From Gammaproteobacteria bacterium (GTDB taxonomy: Bacteria > Pseudomonadota > Gammaproteobacteria > UBA4575), in contig CBDCUI010000009.1 in the NCBI GenBank assembly GCA_965222615.1, positions 960,001-1,024,000 on the forward strand: 64,000 bases of DNA, in the 5' to 3' direction. Under the pieces are notes generated by a model, which saw only the letters and a list, made by a program, of their open reading frames with translations, did no database searches and was not told the origin of the DNA. Every line of letters begins with the position of its first letter. The first letter of the stretch is position 1. This document shows, in pieces, positions 31,096 through 40,278 of this stretch. The translations under genes were made by a program, and so were the position numbers.

Positions 31096-32424
31096 ATGAC
31101 ACATGTCCAAAGCCTCATTCATGCAAAATATATTGTTCCCATGGATGCAAAGGCACGAGTATTAGATGATCACTGCATTGCGATCCAAGATGGGCGTATT
31201 TTGGATATTCTGCCGCATTCGGATGCAACAAATAAATACACCTGCGATATAAATTATGACTATGGTCATCACATAATTATACCTGGCTTAATCAACACTC
31301 ATACCCATGCGGCAATGTCGCTATTTCGTGGTTTGGCAAATGACATGACGCTTATGGATTGGTTACAAAATCACATTTGGCCAGCCGAACAAAAGTGGGT
31401 AAAAGAAGATTTTGTAGAAATCGGATCACAGCTGGCGATAGCCGAAATGATTCGCAGTGGTGTAACTTGTTTCAACGATATGTATTTTTATGCCGAGAGC
31501 ACCGCAAAAGTTGCGGCCGATACAGGCATCCGCGCACGCATCGGCATGATTTTATTAGATTTTCCAACCCAATATGCCAACTCCCCTGATGAATACTTCG
31601 CTAAGGGCCTTGCCATACATGACACCTACAAATCACACCCCTTAGTGAATTGCGCCTTTGCACCCCATGCACCTTATACTGTTTCTGATACCCCACTAGA
31701 GCGTGTGGCCATGCTGTCTAATGAACTGGAATTACCTATACACATCCATTTGCATGAAACCGAAGACGAAATTAATACGAGTCTAGATCAATATAAGATG
31801 CGACCTATACAACGCTTGAATCAACTCGGTCTTATTAATAGCAACCTGGTTGCGGTTCATATGACTCAACTACAAGATGATGAAATAAATTTATTATCGA
31901 AAACTAAGTCGAACGTTGTACATTGTCCGCAGTCAAATTTAAAACTTGCCAGTGGTTTTTGCCCTGTACAGCAATTATATGAGCAAGGCATCAATATTGC
32001 TTTAGGTACTGACAGTTGTGCCAGTAATGACGACCTTGATGTGTTAAGTGAAATTCATACCGCAGCACTGTTAGCTAAAGGCATTGCCAAAGATGCTGCT
32101 GCATTTTCTGCTTATCAAGCGCTGTGCAGTGCAACCATAAATGCTGCGAAGGCCTTAGGTATAGATAGAGAAACCGGTTCGCTTGAAACGGGCAAATCGG
32201 CTGACATCACAGTAATAGATATTGAATGCCTTGAGTCGCAACCCATGTATGACCCGATTGGGCATCTTGCCTACGCAACGCAACGGCATCAAGTAGCGGA
32301 CGTTTGGGTTGCTGGTAAACAGTTGCTACATAATCGACAACTAACCACACTTGACCAAACTGAGATACTTGCCAAGACACATGAGTGGAACGACATGATT
32401 ATGCATAATAAAATTGTAAGTTAA
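31096..32424 (+). CDS. mtaD: 5-methylthioadenosine/S-adenosylhomocysteine deaminase (TRZ/ATZ family)
   Basis: PGLINTHTH, APHAPYTVSD, HIHLHET, LGTD; likely start ATG 31096; mtnA/ubiG synteny. Confidence 0.85.
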   Translation: MTHVQSLIHAKYIVPMDAKARVLDDHCIAIQDGRILDILPHSDATNKYTCDINYDYGHHIIIPGLINTHTHAAMSLFRGLANDMTLMDWLQNHIWPAEQKWVKEDFVEIGSQLAIAEMIRSGVTCFNDMYFYAESTAKVAADTGIRARIGMILLDFPTQYANSPDEYFAKGLAIHDTYKSHPLVNCAFAPHAPYTVSDTPLERVAMLSNELELPIHIHLHETEDEINTSLDQYKMRPIQRLNQLGLINSNLVAVHMTQLQDDEINLLSKTKSNVVHCPQSNLKLASGFCPVQQLYEQGINIALGTDSCASNDDLDVLSEIHTAALLAKGIAKDAAAFSAYQALCSATINAAKALGIDRETGSLETGKSADITVIDIECLESQPMYDPIGHLAYATQRHQVADVWVAGKQLLHNRQLTTLDQTEILAKTHEWNDMIMHNKIVS

Positions 32425-32495
32425 ACCAAACAATTTTTTCATACTACTTTTTTATAAATACAATTTTTAATTAAATACTTTATATAATCAAAAAT

Positions 32496-33200
32496 ATGTC
32501 AGTCAGCAATACAAACGTTGATGAAAATGAACTAGCAAAGTTTGAAGCGCTAGCGTATCGATGGTGGGACACGGAAAGTGAATTCAAGCCACTGCATGAC
32601 ATCAATCCGTTGCGTTTGAATTATATAAATGAACGTGCCGGACTCAAAGGCAAACAAGTGCTAGATATTGGATGTGGAGGAGGAATTTTATCTGAGTCGA
32701 TGGCAAGTCTAGGGGCACACGTCACCGGCATAGACCTAGGCGAAGCTCCGCTTGCGGTAGCAAAAATTCACGCGAAGGAACAAAATATTACTATCGACTA
32801 TCAAGCAATTTCTGCAGAAGAGCTCGCTAGCAAAAAACCACAATCCTTTGACGTTGTCACCTGTATGGAAATGCTTGAACATGTTCCAAACCCTGCAGCC
32901 ATTGTTGAGGCATGCTCACAACTAACTAAACCAGGTGGCCATATATTTTTTTCCACTATTAATCGTAATCCAAAATCTTTTTTATTCGCAATTGTTGGGG
33001 CAGAATATATTCTAAATCTGCTACCTAAAGGTACACATGAATATGAAAAACTAATTCGCCCCTCTGAACTCGACCGTTGGGTGCGACAAACAGCTATGCA
33101 CACCAAAGACATTACGGGCATGACGTATAACCCGATTAATAAAACTTACAAACTATCTGCAGATACAAGTGTGAATTACTTGTTGCACGTTCAGAAATAA
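32496..33200 (+). CDS. ubiG: ubiquinone biosynthesis O-methyltransferase
   Basis: [35 protein letters not shown]. Confidence 0.95.
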   Translation: MSVSNTNVDENELAKFEALAYRWWDTESEFKPLHDINPLRLNYINERAGLKGKQVLDIGCGGGILSESMASLGAHVTGIDLGEAPLAVAKIHAKEQNITIDYQAISAEELASKKPQSFDVVTCMEMLEHVPNPAAIVEACSQLTKPGGHIFFSTINRNPKSFLFAIVGAEYILNLLPKGTHEYEKLIRPSELDRWVRQTAMHTKDITGMTYNPINKTYKLSADTSVNYLLHVQK

Positions 33201-33237
33201 ACGATTCACCACTGATATCAATAATAATTAGCCAATA

Positions 33238-33912
33238 ATGAATAGCTCACCTAAAGTTCGAGCCATACTATTTGATTTAGATGGCACGTTAGCGGATACA
33301 TCACCCGACTTGGCTGATTCACTTAACGTATTACTAAGCCGTTATAACAAAGGTAAACTGGATTACGGTCTGGTGCGCAAACATACCTCAAGAGGCAGTA
33401 TCGCAATGATCGAGCTAGGCTTCGGAGAACCGCTTGAAGAATCGTTTGTTATGCAGCTACGTGATGAATTCATGCAAATCTATGCCGATATGCTTTGCAA
33501 CAAAACTAAACTCTTTCCGGGAGTACCTGATCTGCTAGATTTTCTCGACCAAGCTCAAATGCATTGGGGGATTGTCACTAATAAGCCTGGCAGATTAGCG
33601 GAACCATTGATCCAAGAGCTTGACATCGCTTTTCGTGCTGTCTGCACAGTCAGTGGTGATTCATTGTCGCGGCGCAAACCAAGCCCAGATCAATTGCATC
33701 ATGCCGCAAATATGCTAGGGATTGAAGAATCGAATTGCATCTACATGGGCGATGACCCACGCGATATTCAAGCCGGCAAAGCAGCCGGTATGCAGACTGC
33801 CGTGGCTGCCTATGGTTATATTCAAGAAAATCAAGACCCCAGTACCTGGGGCGCAGACGCAATATTCCAAAAACCAATTGAGTTAAAGGATTGGCTTTTA
33901 GTCCATATCTGA
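33238..33912 (+). CDS. gph: HAD phosphatase (phosphoglycolate phosphatase / MupP-like)
   Basis: FDLDGTL, VTNKP, KPSP, GDDPRDI; follows ubiG. Confidence 0.8.
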   Translation: MNSSPKVRAILFDLDGTLADTSPDLADSLNVLLSRYNKGKLDYGLVRKHTSRGSIAMIELGFGEPLEESFVMQLRDEFMQIYADMLCNKTKLFPGVPDLLDFLDQAQMHWGIVTNKPGRLAEPLIQELDIAFRAVCTVSGDSLSRRKPSPDQLHHAANMLGIEESNCIYMGDDPRDIQAGKAAGMQTAVAAYGYIQENQDPSTWGADAIFQKPIELKDWLLVHI

Positions 33913-33926
33913 TCAAAAATATATAC

Positions 33927-35240
33927 ATGATTGGATTTGAAATTCAGTATACCTGGCAAATAATCTTACTTTGCGCCAGTCTGTGTTTACTCAGTGCTGC
34001 TCTAGGCGCACTAATTATGCGAATGCGTGCAAGAGAAGAATATGAAGCGCTAGATGTTCATGCACAAAAATTATCTTTGCAATTAGAGCACGAAAGAGAA
34101 CGTTATATAGAAAAAATTGAAACTATAGAAGAATCACGACAACAATTAGAACAGACCTTCACGGTACTATCTCAGCAAGCTCTACAAACCAATAATGAAA
34201 ATTTTTTATTGCTGGCTAAAGAAAAACTTACACAATATCAAATCCAGGCCGAGGCCAATTTCGAAAAAAAAGAAAAAGCCATTGAGACATTATTACAGCC
34301 AATTAATGAAACGCTAAAACAAACCGAAGCTCAGATCCGCGCCATTGAAAAAGAGCGCAAGGAATCATTTGGTTCTCTATCACAGCACATTAAGCTAATG
34401 AATGAGACACAAAACAATCTACGCATGGAGACTCAAAATCTTGTACATGCATTACGTCGACCGGAAGTCCGCGGTCAATGGGGTGAACTCACTCTAAAAA
34501 GAATTGCAGAACTCGCTGGCATGGTGAATCACTGTGATTTTTATGAACAACAACAAGGCGATACTGGTGATACTCGCATGCGTCCAGATATGGTTGTACG
34601 CATGCCAGATCAACGTGAATTAATTGTTGATGCAAAAACGCCTTTAGATGCCTATCTCAACGCTACACAAACTGATGATGAAAACATTCGCACCAGTGCA
34701 CTAATTAAACACGCGCGTAATGTAAGAGAACGTATGCGCGAATTATCTAGCAAGGCCTATTGGAACCAATTCAAACATTCACCTGACTTTGTGGTTTTAT
34801 TTATCCCAGGCGAACAATTTCTTACTGCTGCCTTAGAGCAGGATCCACAACTATTAGAGGATGCATTAAAAAATAAAGTTATTTTATCCACCCCTACCAG
34901 TATTATCGCGTTATTACGTGCAGTCGCCTTTGGTTGGCGACAACTCTCGGTGGCTGAAAATGCAGAGAAAATTCGTGAATTGGGCGAAGATCTCTATCAC
35001 CGTTTAGCGACGTTTGCCGAACATCTGCAAAAACTAGGTAAGCATTTAGATACCAGCGTCGAACAATTTAACAAGGCGACCAGCTCCCTGGACCGCCAAG
35101 TCTTACCTGGTGCGCGAAAATTTACTGAGTTAGGAATTGAGCAAAAAAAGCCAATCCCAGACCTAAAAATCGTGGAAAACTCATCAAAATCTGTTATGAA
35201 TCAAAGCCTTAATGTAAATAATAATAGTGAAATTCCTTAG
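33927..35240 (+). CDS. rmuC: DNA recombination protein RmuC
   Basis: TM plus coiled coil, RGQWGE, RPDMVV, VDAKTP, PDFVVLFIPGE; likely start ATG 33927. Confidence 0.92.
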   Translation: MIGFEIQYTWQIILLCASLCLLSAALGALIMRMRAREEYEALDVHAQKLSLQLEHERERYIEKIETIEESRQQLEQTFTVLSQQALQTNNENFLLLAKEKLTQYQIQAEANFEKKEKAIETLLQPINETLKQTEAQIRAIEKERKESFGSLSQHIKLMNETQNNLRMETQNLVHALRRPEVRGQWGELTLKRIAELAGMVNHCDFYEQQQGDTGDTRMRPDMVVRMPDQRELIVDAKTPLDAYLNATQTDDENIRTSALIKHARNVRERMRELSSKAYWNQFKHSPDFVVLFIPGEQFLTAALEQDPQLLEDALKNKVILSTPTSIIALLRAVAFGWRQLSVAENAEKIRELGEDLYHRLATFAEHLQKLGKHLDTSVEQFNKATSSLDRQVLPGARKFTELGIEQKKPIPDLKIVENSSKSVMNQSLNVNNNSEIP

Positions 35241-35340
35241 ATTTAAGATAGGAAATAGAACCAAGTTAACAGATTTAAATCTAAGACTATCCGATAATTG
35301 GATTTCACATTGTCATCGAAAACAATAAAATTTGAACACC

Positions 35341-35970
35341 ATGAGTGATCCAGCAAAGAAAATTAGTTCTAACGTCGTTTACCATTCGGCTACCGTAACT
35401 AGACCCAGGCGCGAAAAATTACTTGGCCATACGGGTAAGGTGCTGTGGTTTAGTGGCTTGTCAGGCGCAGGAAAATCTACTTTGGCACATTCTGTAGAGG
35501 AAGAACTCCATAACCGTGGCTGTCTTACTTATGTATTTGATGGCGACAATGTCAGACATGGCCTATGTGGTGATCTTGGTTTTTCATTAGAAGATCGTAC
35601 AGAAAATCTACGACGAATTTCCGAGATGTGTAAACTCACAGCGGATGCAGGAGTAATCGCCTTTACCGCCTTCATCTCGCCAATGCGAGAAGATCGCCGT
35701 AAAGCGCGGACACTGATCGGAGACAACGACTTTATTGAAATCTATTGTAAGGCCTCATTAGAAGTATGCGAGCAAAGAGATGTAAAAGGGCTTTACAAAA
35801 AAGCAAGGGCGGGCTTGATTTCCGACTTTACTGGAATTTCGTCACCTTATGAAGAACCGGAAAATGCCGATCTGATTGTGGATACAGGAGCCCATTCTTT
35901 AGAAGAATGTACCAATCAGGTACTCGGTTATCTGTTCAGACGAGGTGTATTTCTATTTACAAATAAGTAA
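35341..35970 (+). CDS. cysC: adenylyl-sulfate kinase
   Basis: WFSGLSGAGKST, DGDNVRHGL, RDVKGLYKKAR. Confidence 0.93.
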   Translation: MSDPAKKISSNVVYHSATVTRPRREKLLGHTGKVLWFSGLSGAGKSTLAHSVEEELHNRGCLTYVFDGDNVRHGLCGDLGFSLEDRTENLRRISEMCKLTADAGVIAFTAFISPMREDRRKARTLIGDNDFIEIYCKASLEVCEQRDVKGLYKKARAGLISDFTGISSPYEEPENADLIVDTGAHSLEECTNQVLGYLFRRGVFLFTNK

Positions 35971-36052
35971 ACACACAATATTTTTTGATATTTAATCTAT
36001 TAGACTTCATCGTTCGTATTCAACCGCTTTCTATACTAAGACGCATTACTAA

Positions 36053-36829
36053 ATGCATCCTTCTCAGAATTTGTTGCAGAACTTAGGCGACTATCAGCCT
36101 CACAAAGACCTACTCAAAGATAAGTTTGTTGCAATAACAGGCGCAACCGATGGCATTGGCAAGGCACTTGCAATTGCATGCGCAAAGTATGGCGCAAAAA
36201 TATTAGCATTAGGTAAAAACGAAAATAAACTGAATGCCCTATTGCAAGAACTATCTAAACTTTCTAAACAAACACATCAGTTCTATGATTTGGATTTTGG
36301 CATTGCAGGAGAGGCAGATTACATTGAGTTCGCAGAATATATTGCCAAGCAAGACTCTCCTATAGACTCTTTGGTACTTAATGCCGGTTATCTAGAGGCA
36401 TTACAAGGCCTGCGAAACTACCCACTGGACACTTGGTTACAGACCATCACCATCAATCAACACGCACCTTTTATGTTAGCAAGATGCTGCATTCCTTTCC
36501 TTGAATCATCAACGGATCCATCCATCGTGTTTTCTACACACGATTGCGGCAAGGCCTATTGGGGCGCCTATGGTGTAGCAAAATCCGCACAATTAGGTTT
36601 AATGAAAATCCTGGCCGATGAGCTAGATGGAGATCTACCCATACGAGTAAATGGGGTCGACCCTGCACCGGTACGCACCAAACTACGAATCGCAGGTTTT
36701 CCTGGAGTTGACCCCGAAACTTTCCCCAAACCAGAAGATGTCGTGCCTTCATATTTATTTTTTATTGGGCCAGACAGCAAGGGAATAACAAACATGAATT
36801 ACAAAATTAATCCGGACTTTTCAGGCTAG
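36053..36829 (+). CDS. YciK-like short-chain oxidoreductase
   Basis: TGATDGIG, NAG, AYWGAYGVAK. Confidence 0.8.
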   Translation: MHPSQNLLQNLGDYQPHKDLLKDKFVAITGATDGIGKALAIACAKYGAKILALGKNENKLNALLQELSKLSKQTHQFYDLDFGIAGEADYIEFAEYIAKQDSPIDSLVLNAGYLEALQGLRNYPLDTWLQTITINQHAPFMLARCCIPFLESSTDPSIVFSTHDCGKAYWGAYGVAKSAQLGLMKILADELDGDLPIRVNGVDPAPVRTKLRIAGFPGVDPETFPKPEDVVPSYLFFIGPDSKGITNMNYKINPDFSG

Positions 36830-36844
36830 GAAGCTCTGATTTAT
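36827..36844. repeat. single MITE terminus (family of 60579-60724)
   Basis: TAGGAAGCTCTGATTTAT, near-identical to the left TIR at 60579. Confidence 0.6.
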
Positions 36845-37512
36845 CAATTAAATTGGCATACATCAGACAAACCACAATTATTACATTTTGGTTTGGGCTT
36901 ACATACATCCTTACCATGTTGCACGACAAGCGCGTGATACTCTGCAAACAATTTGGATGATTTGGGCAGTTGTGTTTCAAACTCATCACGCAGATCGTCA
37001 TATAACTCATCGCCCGTTACACATTTAAGACGTGAAAAGATTCTGCGTGTGTAGGCATCGATTACAAATACAGATCGATTAAAGGCATACAACAGAATAT
37101 CGTCTGCCGTTTCATGACCAACACCATAGACACTCAATAATTCTTTGCGCAATTTAGCAGTAGACCAGTAGCGTAAGCGTGCATAACTTCCATTTTTCTC
37201 ATACCACTCACAAAATTTCTTCAAACGTCGTGCTTTTACATTAAAGTAACCAGATGGCTTTAGGAGTTTAGCTAACTTGGCATGTTTTGTATTGACGATT
37301 GCCTTTGCATCAAGTAATTCAGCCGACCTTAAATTTGCAATCGCCTTTTCAACATTGGTCCATGCCGTATTTTGAGTAAGAATCGCACCCACCATCACCT
37401 CAAACCTCGAATTCGCAGGCCACCAATACTGCCTGCCATGTTGATGTTTGAGTTTTTTATATACCGAGTGCGCCCATTTTTTATTGTGAAGCTTGCTTGT
37501 CAGACTCACCAC
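36844..37512 (-). CDS. HhH-GPD endonuclease III-related DNA glycosylase with Fe-S cluster
   Basis: GAILTQNTAWTNV, GVGHETADDILLYA, VIDAY, C-terminal CKPKPKCNNCGLSDVC. Confidence 0.85.
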   Translation of the reverse strand: MVSLTSKLHNKKWAHSVYKKLKHQHGRQYWWPANSRFEVMVGAILTQNTAWTNVEKAIANLRSAELLDAKAIVNTKHAKLAKLLKPSGYFNVKARRLKKFCEWYEKNGSYARLRYWSTAKLRKELLSVYGVGHETADDILLYAFNRSVFVIDAYTRRIFSRLKCVTGDELYDDLRDEFETQLPKSSKLFAEYHALVVQHGKDVCKPKPKCNNCGLSDVCQFN

Positions 37513-37540
37513 CTTAGTTAAATCTCAAATCACGTATAAG

Positions 37541-38269
37541 TTACTTAACTAGTTTGCACAATTGCTGGATCTTGTCTGCCGATAGTTCTATATAACTACC
37601 CTCTTGCAGTTGCCTCGGCAATGTAATTGCACCAAAACGTGTGCGCATCAATCTACTCACTTGCAATCCTTGCGACTCCCACAGTCTACGCACCTCTCGA
37701 TTACGACCTTCTTTTAACACGATACGATACCATGTGTTGGTTCCCTTAGTTTCTTGTGCCTCAAGCACAGTTAGTCTTGCAATACCATCTTCAAGTCGCA
37801 CCCCTTGCTGTAAATGCGTCAACATTTCATCTGTAACCTCACCATGAACACGTACGCGGTATTCGCGCTCTATTTCATTACTCGGGTGCATCAATGCATT
37901 GGCGAGATTCCCATCGGTAGAGAACAACAACAGACCTGAAGTATTAATGTCTAAACGCCCAATCGAAACCCATCGAGCTGAGCTCAACACAGGTAAACGA
38001 TCAAAGACAATTGGCCTTTGTTCTGGGTCTGAGCGTGTCACAACTTCTCCACACGGCTTGTGATAGAGCAGCACCCTCGCCTTTGAGTTTCTATTTGTAA
38101 CTTTTACGAGCTCATTACGAATTACAATCTCCTCATCCCCATTGATCCGTTGACCCAGAACACAAACCTCGCCATCGATAAGAATCTCGCCAGCTTGTAT
38201 CCAACGCTCAATCTCGCGACGCGATGCAATTCCGTGATTGGCTAGATATTTTTGTACTCGTTCAGACAA
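37541..38269 (-). CDS. rluB: 23S rRNA pseudouridine synthase B
   Basis: S4 domain, GRLDINTSGLLL, LMHPS, EGRNREVRR. Confidence 0.9.
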   Translation of the reverse strand: MSERVQKYLANHGIASRREIERWIQAGEILIDGEVCVLGQRINGDEEIVIRNELVKVTNRNSKARVLLYHKPCGEVVTRSDPEQRPIVFDRLPVLSSARWVSIGRLDINTSGLLLFSTDGNLANALMHPSNEIEREYRVRVHGEVTDEMLTHLQQGVRLEDGIARLTVLEAQETKGTNTWYRIVLKEGRNREVRRLWESQGLQVSRLMRTRFGAITLPRQLQEGSYIELSADKIQQLCKLVK

Positions 38270-38424
38270 AACGTGTATCGGATGAATTTAATCAGACTTA
38301 TTGAAAAAATTTTATACTGAGCCGGTAATATTCAATCAGACGGGGATACTACTATATTTAATTTGCATATCCGCTCACAATAAAAAAATACAAATATTAA
38401 TTACGTGTTTTTACTAGACAAAAA

Positions 38425-39375
38425 TCAGTTAAACATTTTTATAAGTTTTATCACTTCACCTGGTTGATCTAAAGGCAGAAAATGCCCGCCATTTTCAACA
38501 GTCAGAGTTTTAACATTGGATATTAGACTTTCATCATACTCACGTTCTTCCAACGTAGACCAATCATGGCTACCCCAAACAAGTAATACAGGTACCTTTA
38601 TGTTTACGTACCGCTCATTAGCCGCATCCCAACTATTTGCGTTTCGCAGCAAACTGAGAAAGGCCCGGTAATGTTGTTTTCGATCACCGACTCGATACAT
38701 TTCCTTGGCAAGTTCCAACGAAAGACTATTTGGGTCCGCTACCCCACCACGTAATACTTGTTTCATAATCACAAAATTACGAAGTCGCATTACTGTTTCA
38801 CCAATAAATGGAATTTTTGAAGTGTGCGTTATCATCCCGCCCAAAAATGAACTTCGGGCCATCCCTTTTCCTTGATGATAGTCATAAGGATTAATGGCAA
38901 CAACACGAGTCACATGCGGATTTTGATTGCTTGCAACTAATAGTGATATGGATGCCCCAATGGATACACCGGCAAGAGTTACATCCTCAAGGCCCATACT
39001 TTCAATAAATCCCTCAACATACTGGACAAAGAAATCAGCGTCATAATTACCATCCGGAATTTCGGAAAAGCCATGTCCGGGGTAGTCCAGCGCATAAACC
39101 GTAAAGTCTTTCGATAACTCGGGAATTACTTTCTCAAATAGATCTAACTGTGTTCGCAGTGTATGCAATAAAAGAAGCACTGGCCCCTGGCCAGTTTTAA
39201 TGTAGCGTAATTTTGTTCCACCAACATTGGTATAAGAATTCGAGATTTCTGGTGCCCACCTCAATTGGCCTGGAGGATTAGGCTCGGTTCGCGTCCACTC
39301 GACTGTAAATGAGATCAACCACGTAATAATACCTACTACGATGAATAAGAGCAGAGTTTTGATTATCTTTATCAT
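38425..39375 (-). CDS. alpha/beta hydrolase with N-terminal membrane anchor
   Basis: DYPGHGFS, GVSIG nucleophile elbow, WGSHD, GHF. Confidence 0.85.
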   Translation of the reverse strand: MIKIIKTLLLFIVVGIITWLISFTVEWTRTEPNPPGQLRWAPEISNSYTNVGGTKLRYIKTGQGPVLLLLHTLRTQLDLFEKVIPELSKDFTVYALDYPGHGFSEIPDGNYDADFFVQYVEGFIESMGLEDVTLAGVSIGASISLLVASNQNPHVTRVVAINPYDYHQGKGMARSSFLGGMITHTSKIPFIGETVMRLRNFVIMKQVLRGGVADPNSLSLELAKEMYRVGDRKQHYRAFLSLLRNANSWDAANERYVNIKVPVLLVWGSHDWSTLEEREYDESLISNVKTLTVENGGHFLPLDQPGEVIKLIKMFN

Positions 39376-39806
39376 TCAACCATAACTACTCAATTGGCGC
39401 AGAAAATTTTTGGTGATCACATGAGTATATAAAAATAACTATGCGTACCACAATCAATGCTGCAATATTTATTACGGTTTGTAATAAGACACACCTAATT
39501 ATGCAGTATCATTTGTCACTGTAACATTATTTATATATAACAAATCGTCTTTTTAGTATGTTAACAAAACACGGCTCAGAAGCTACAATGGATTTTTCAA
39601 CGTGATGTAATGCCCCAATTCGCTAGATATTTTGTACGCGTATAGAGAACAGTGATATCTTACCGCGGAGAAGATCTCCCCAGCACCCACTAACGATTCA
39701 AAGTGCGAGCACATAGATGTGCAAGTGATTGCTATCATAGAAGATGCGTTCTAATTTATAATATCTACTAGCGATTTAAAACGCATATTATGGTAATTGG
39801 TGAGCA

Positions 39807-39890
39807 ATGAATATTGGTGAAATAGTGACAATTGTATTTATGTTTGCATTCATAGTTGCAATATCATGGTTTTTATTTAAGAAAAAATAA
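39807..39890 (+). CDS. candidate 27-aa single-TM small protein (not in ORF track)
   Basis: MNIGEIVTIVFMFAFIVAISWFLFKKK*, with GGTGAG just upstream. Confidence 0.35.
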   Translation: MNIGEIVTIVFMFAFIVAISWFLFKKK

Positions 39891-40278
39891 ATCTATCTCC
39901 CTTTGCCTAAACACTTATTTGAAATCATTTAATTAAAATATACTTATGCCCAAGAGGCTTTGAATAGTTACTAAAAAGTAGTAGCCGCCAGAAACCTGAA
40001 AGCAGAAAAACTTCAAATATTTATTCAATTGCATTAAAAGAAAGTCCCAACTTAAAAGCGTAGGGCTAGTATTTGATTTTACTTAATAAGTTTAGCAGCA
40101 AAAGGATATGCGCAATTCATCGCCACGCTATGGCCAGCTTAAACTAAGCGAATTTCTTACTAAAGTGTCTAGATCACCATCTACTGTATATTTAGCGGTA
40201 TAATATTTAGTGCCATTTAAAATTATTACACACTAGCTTAAATAATAATTATAAAGCTAGAGAGAGGAGGCTTTACTC

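Noticed and set aside
39560-39740. Slightly GC-richer patch that might be a gene remnant
   Set aside because: No convincing reading frame or recognisable motif found
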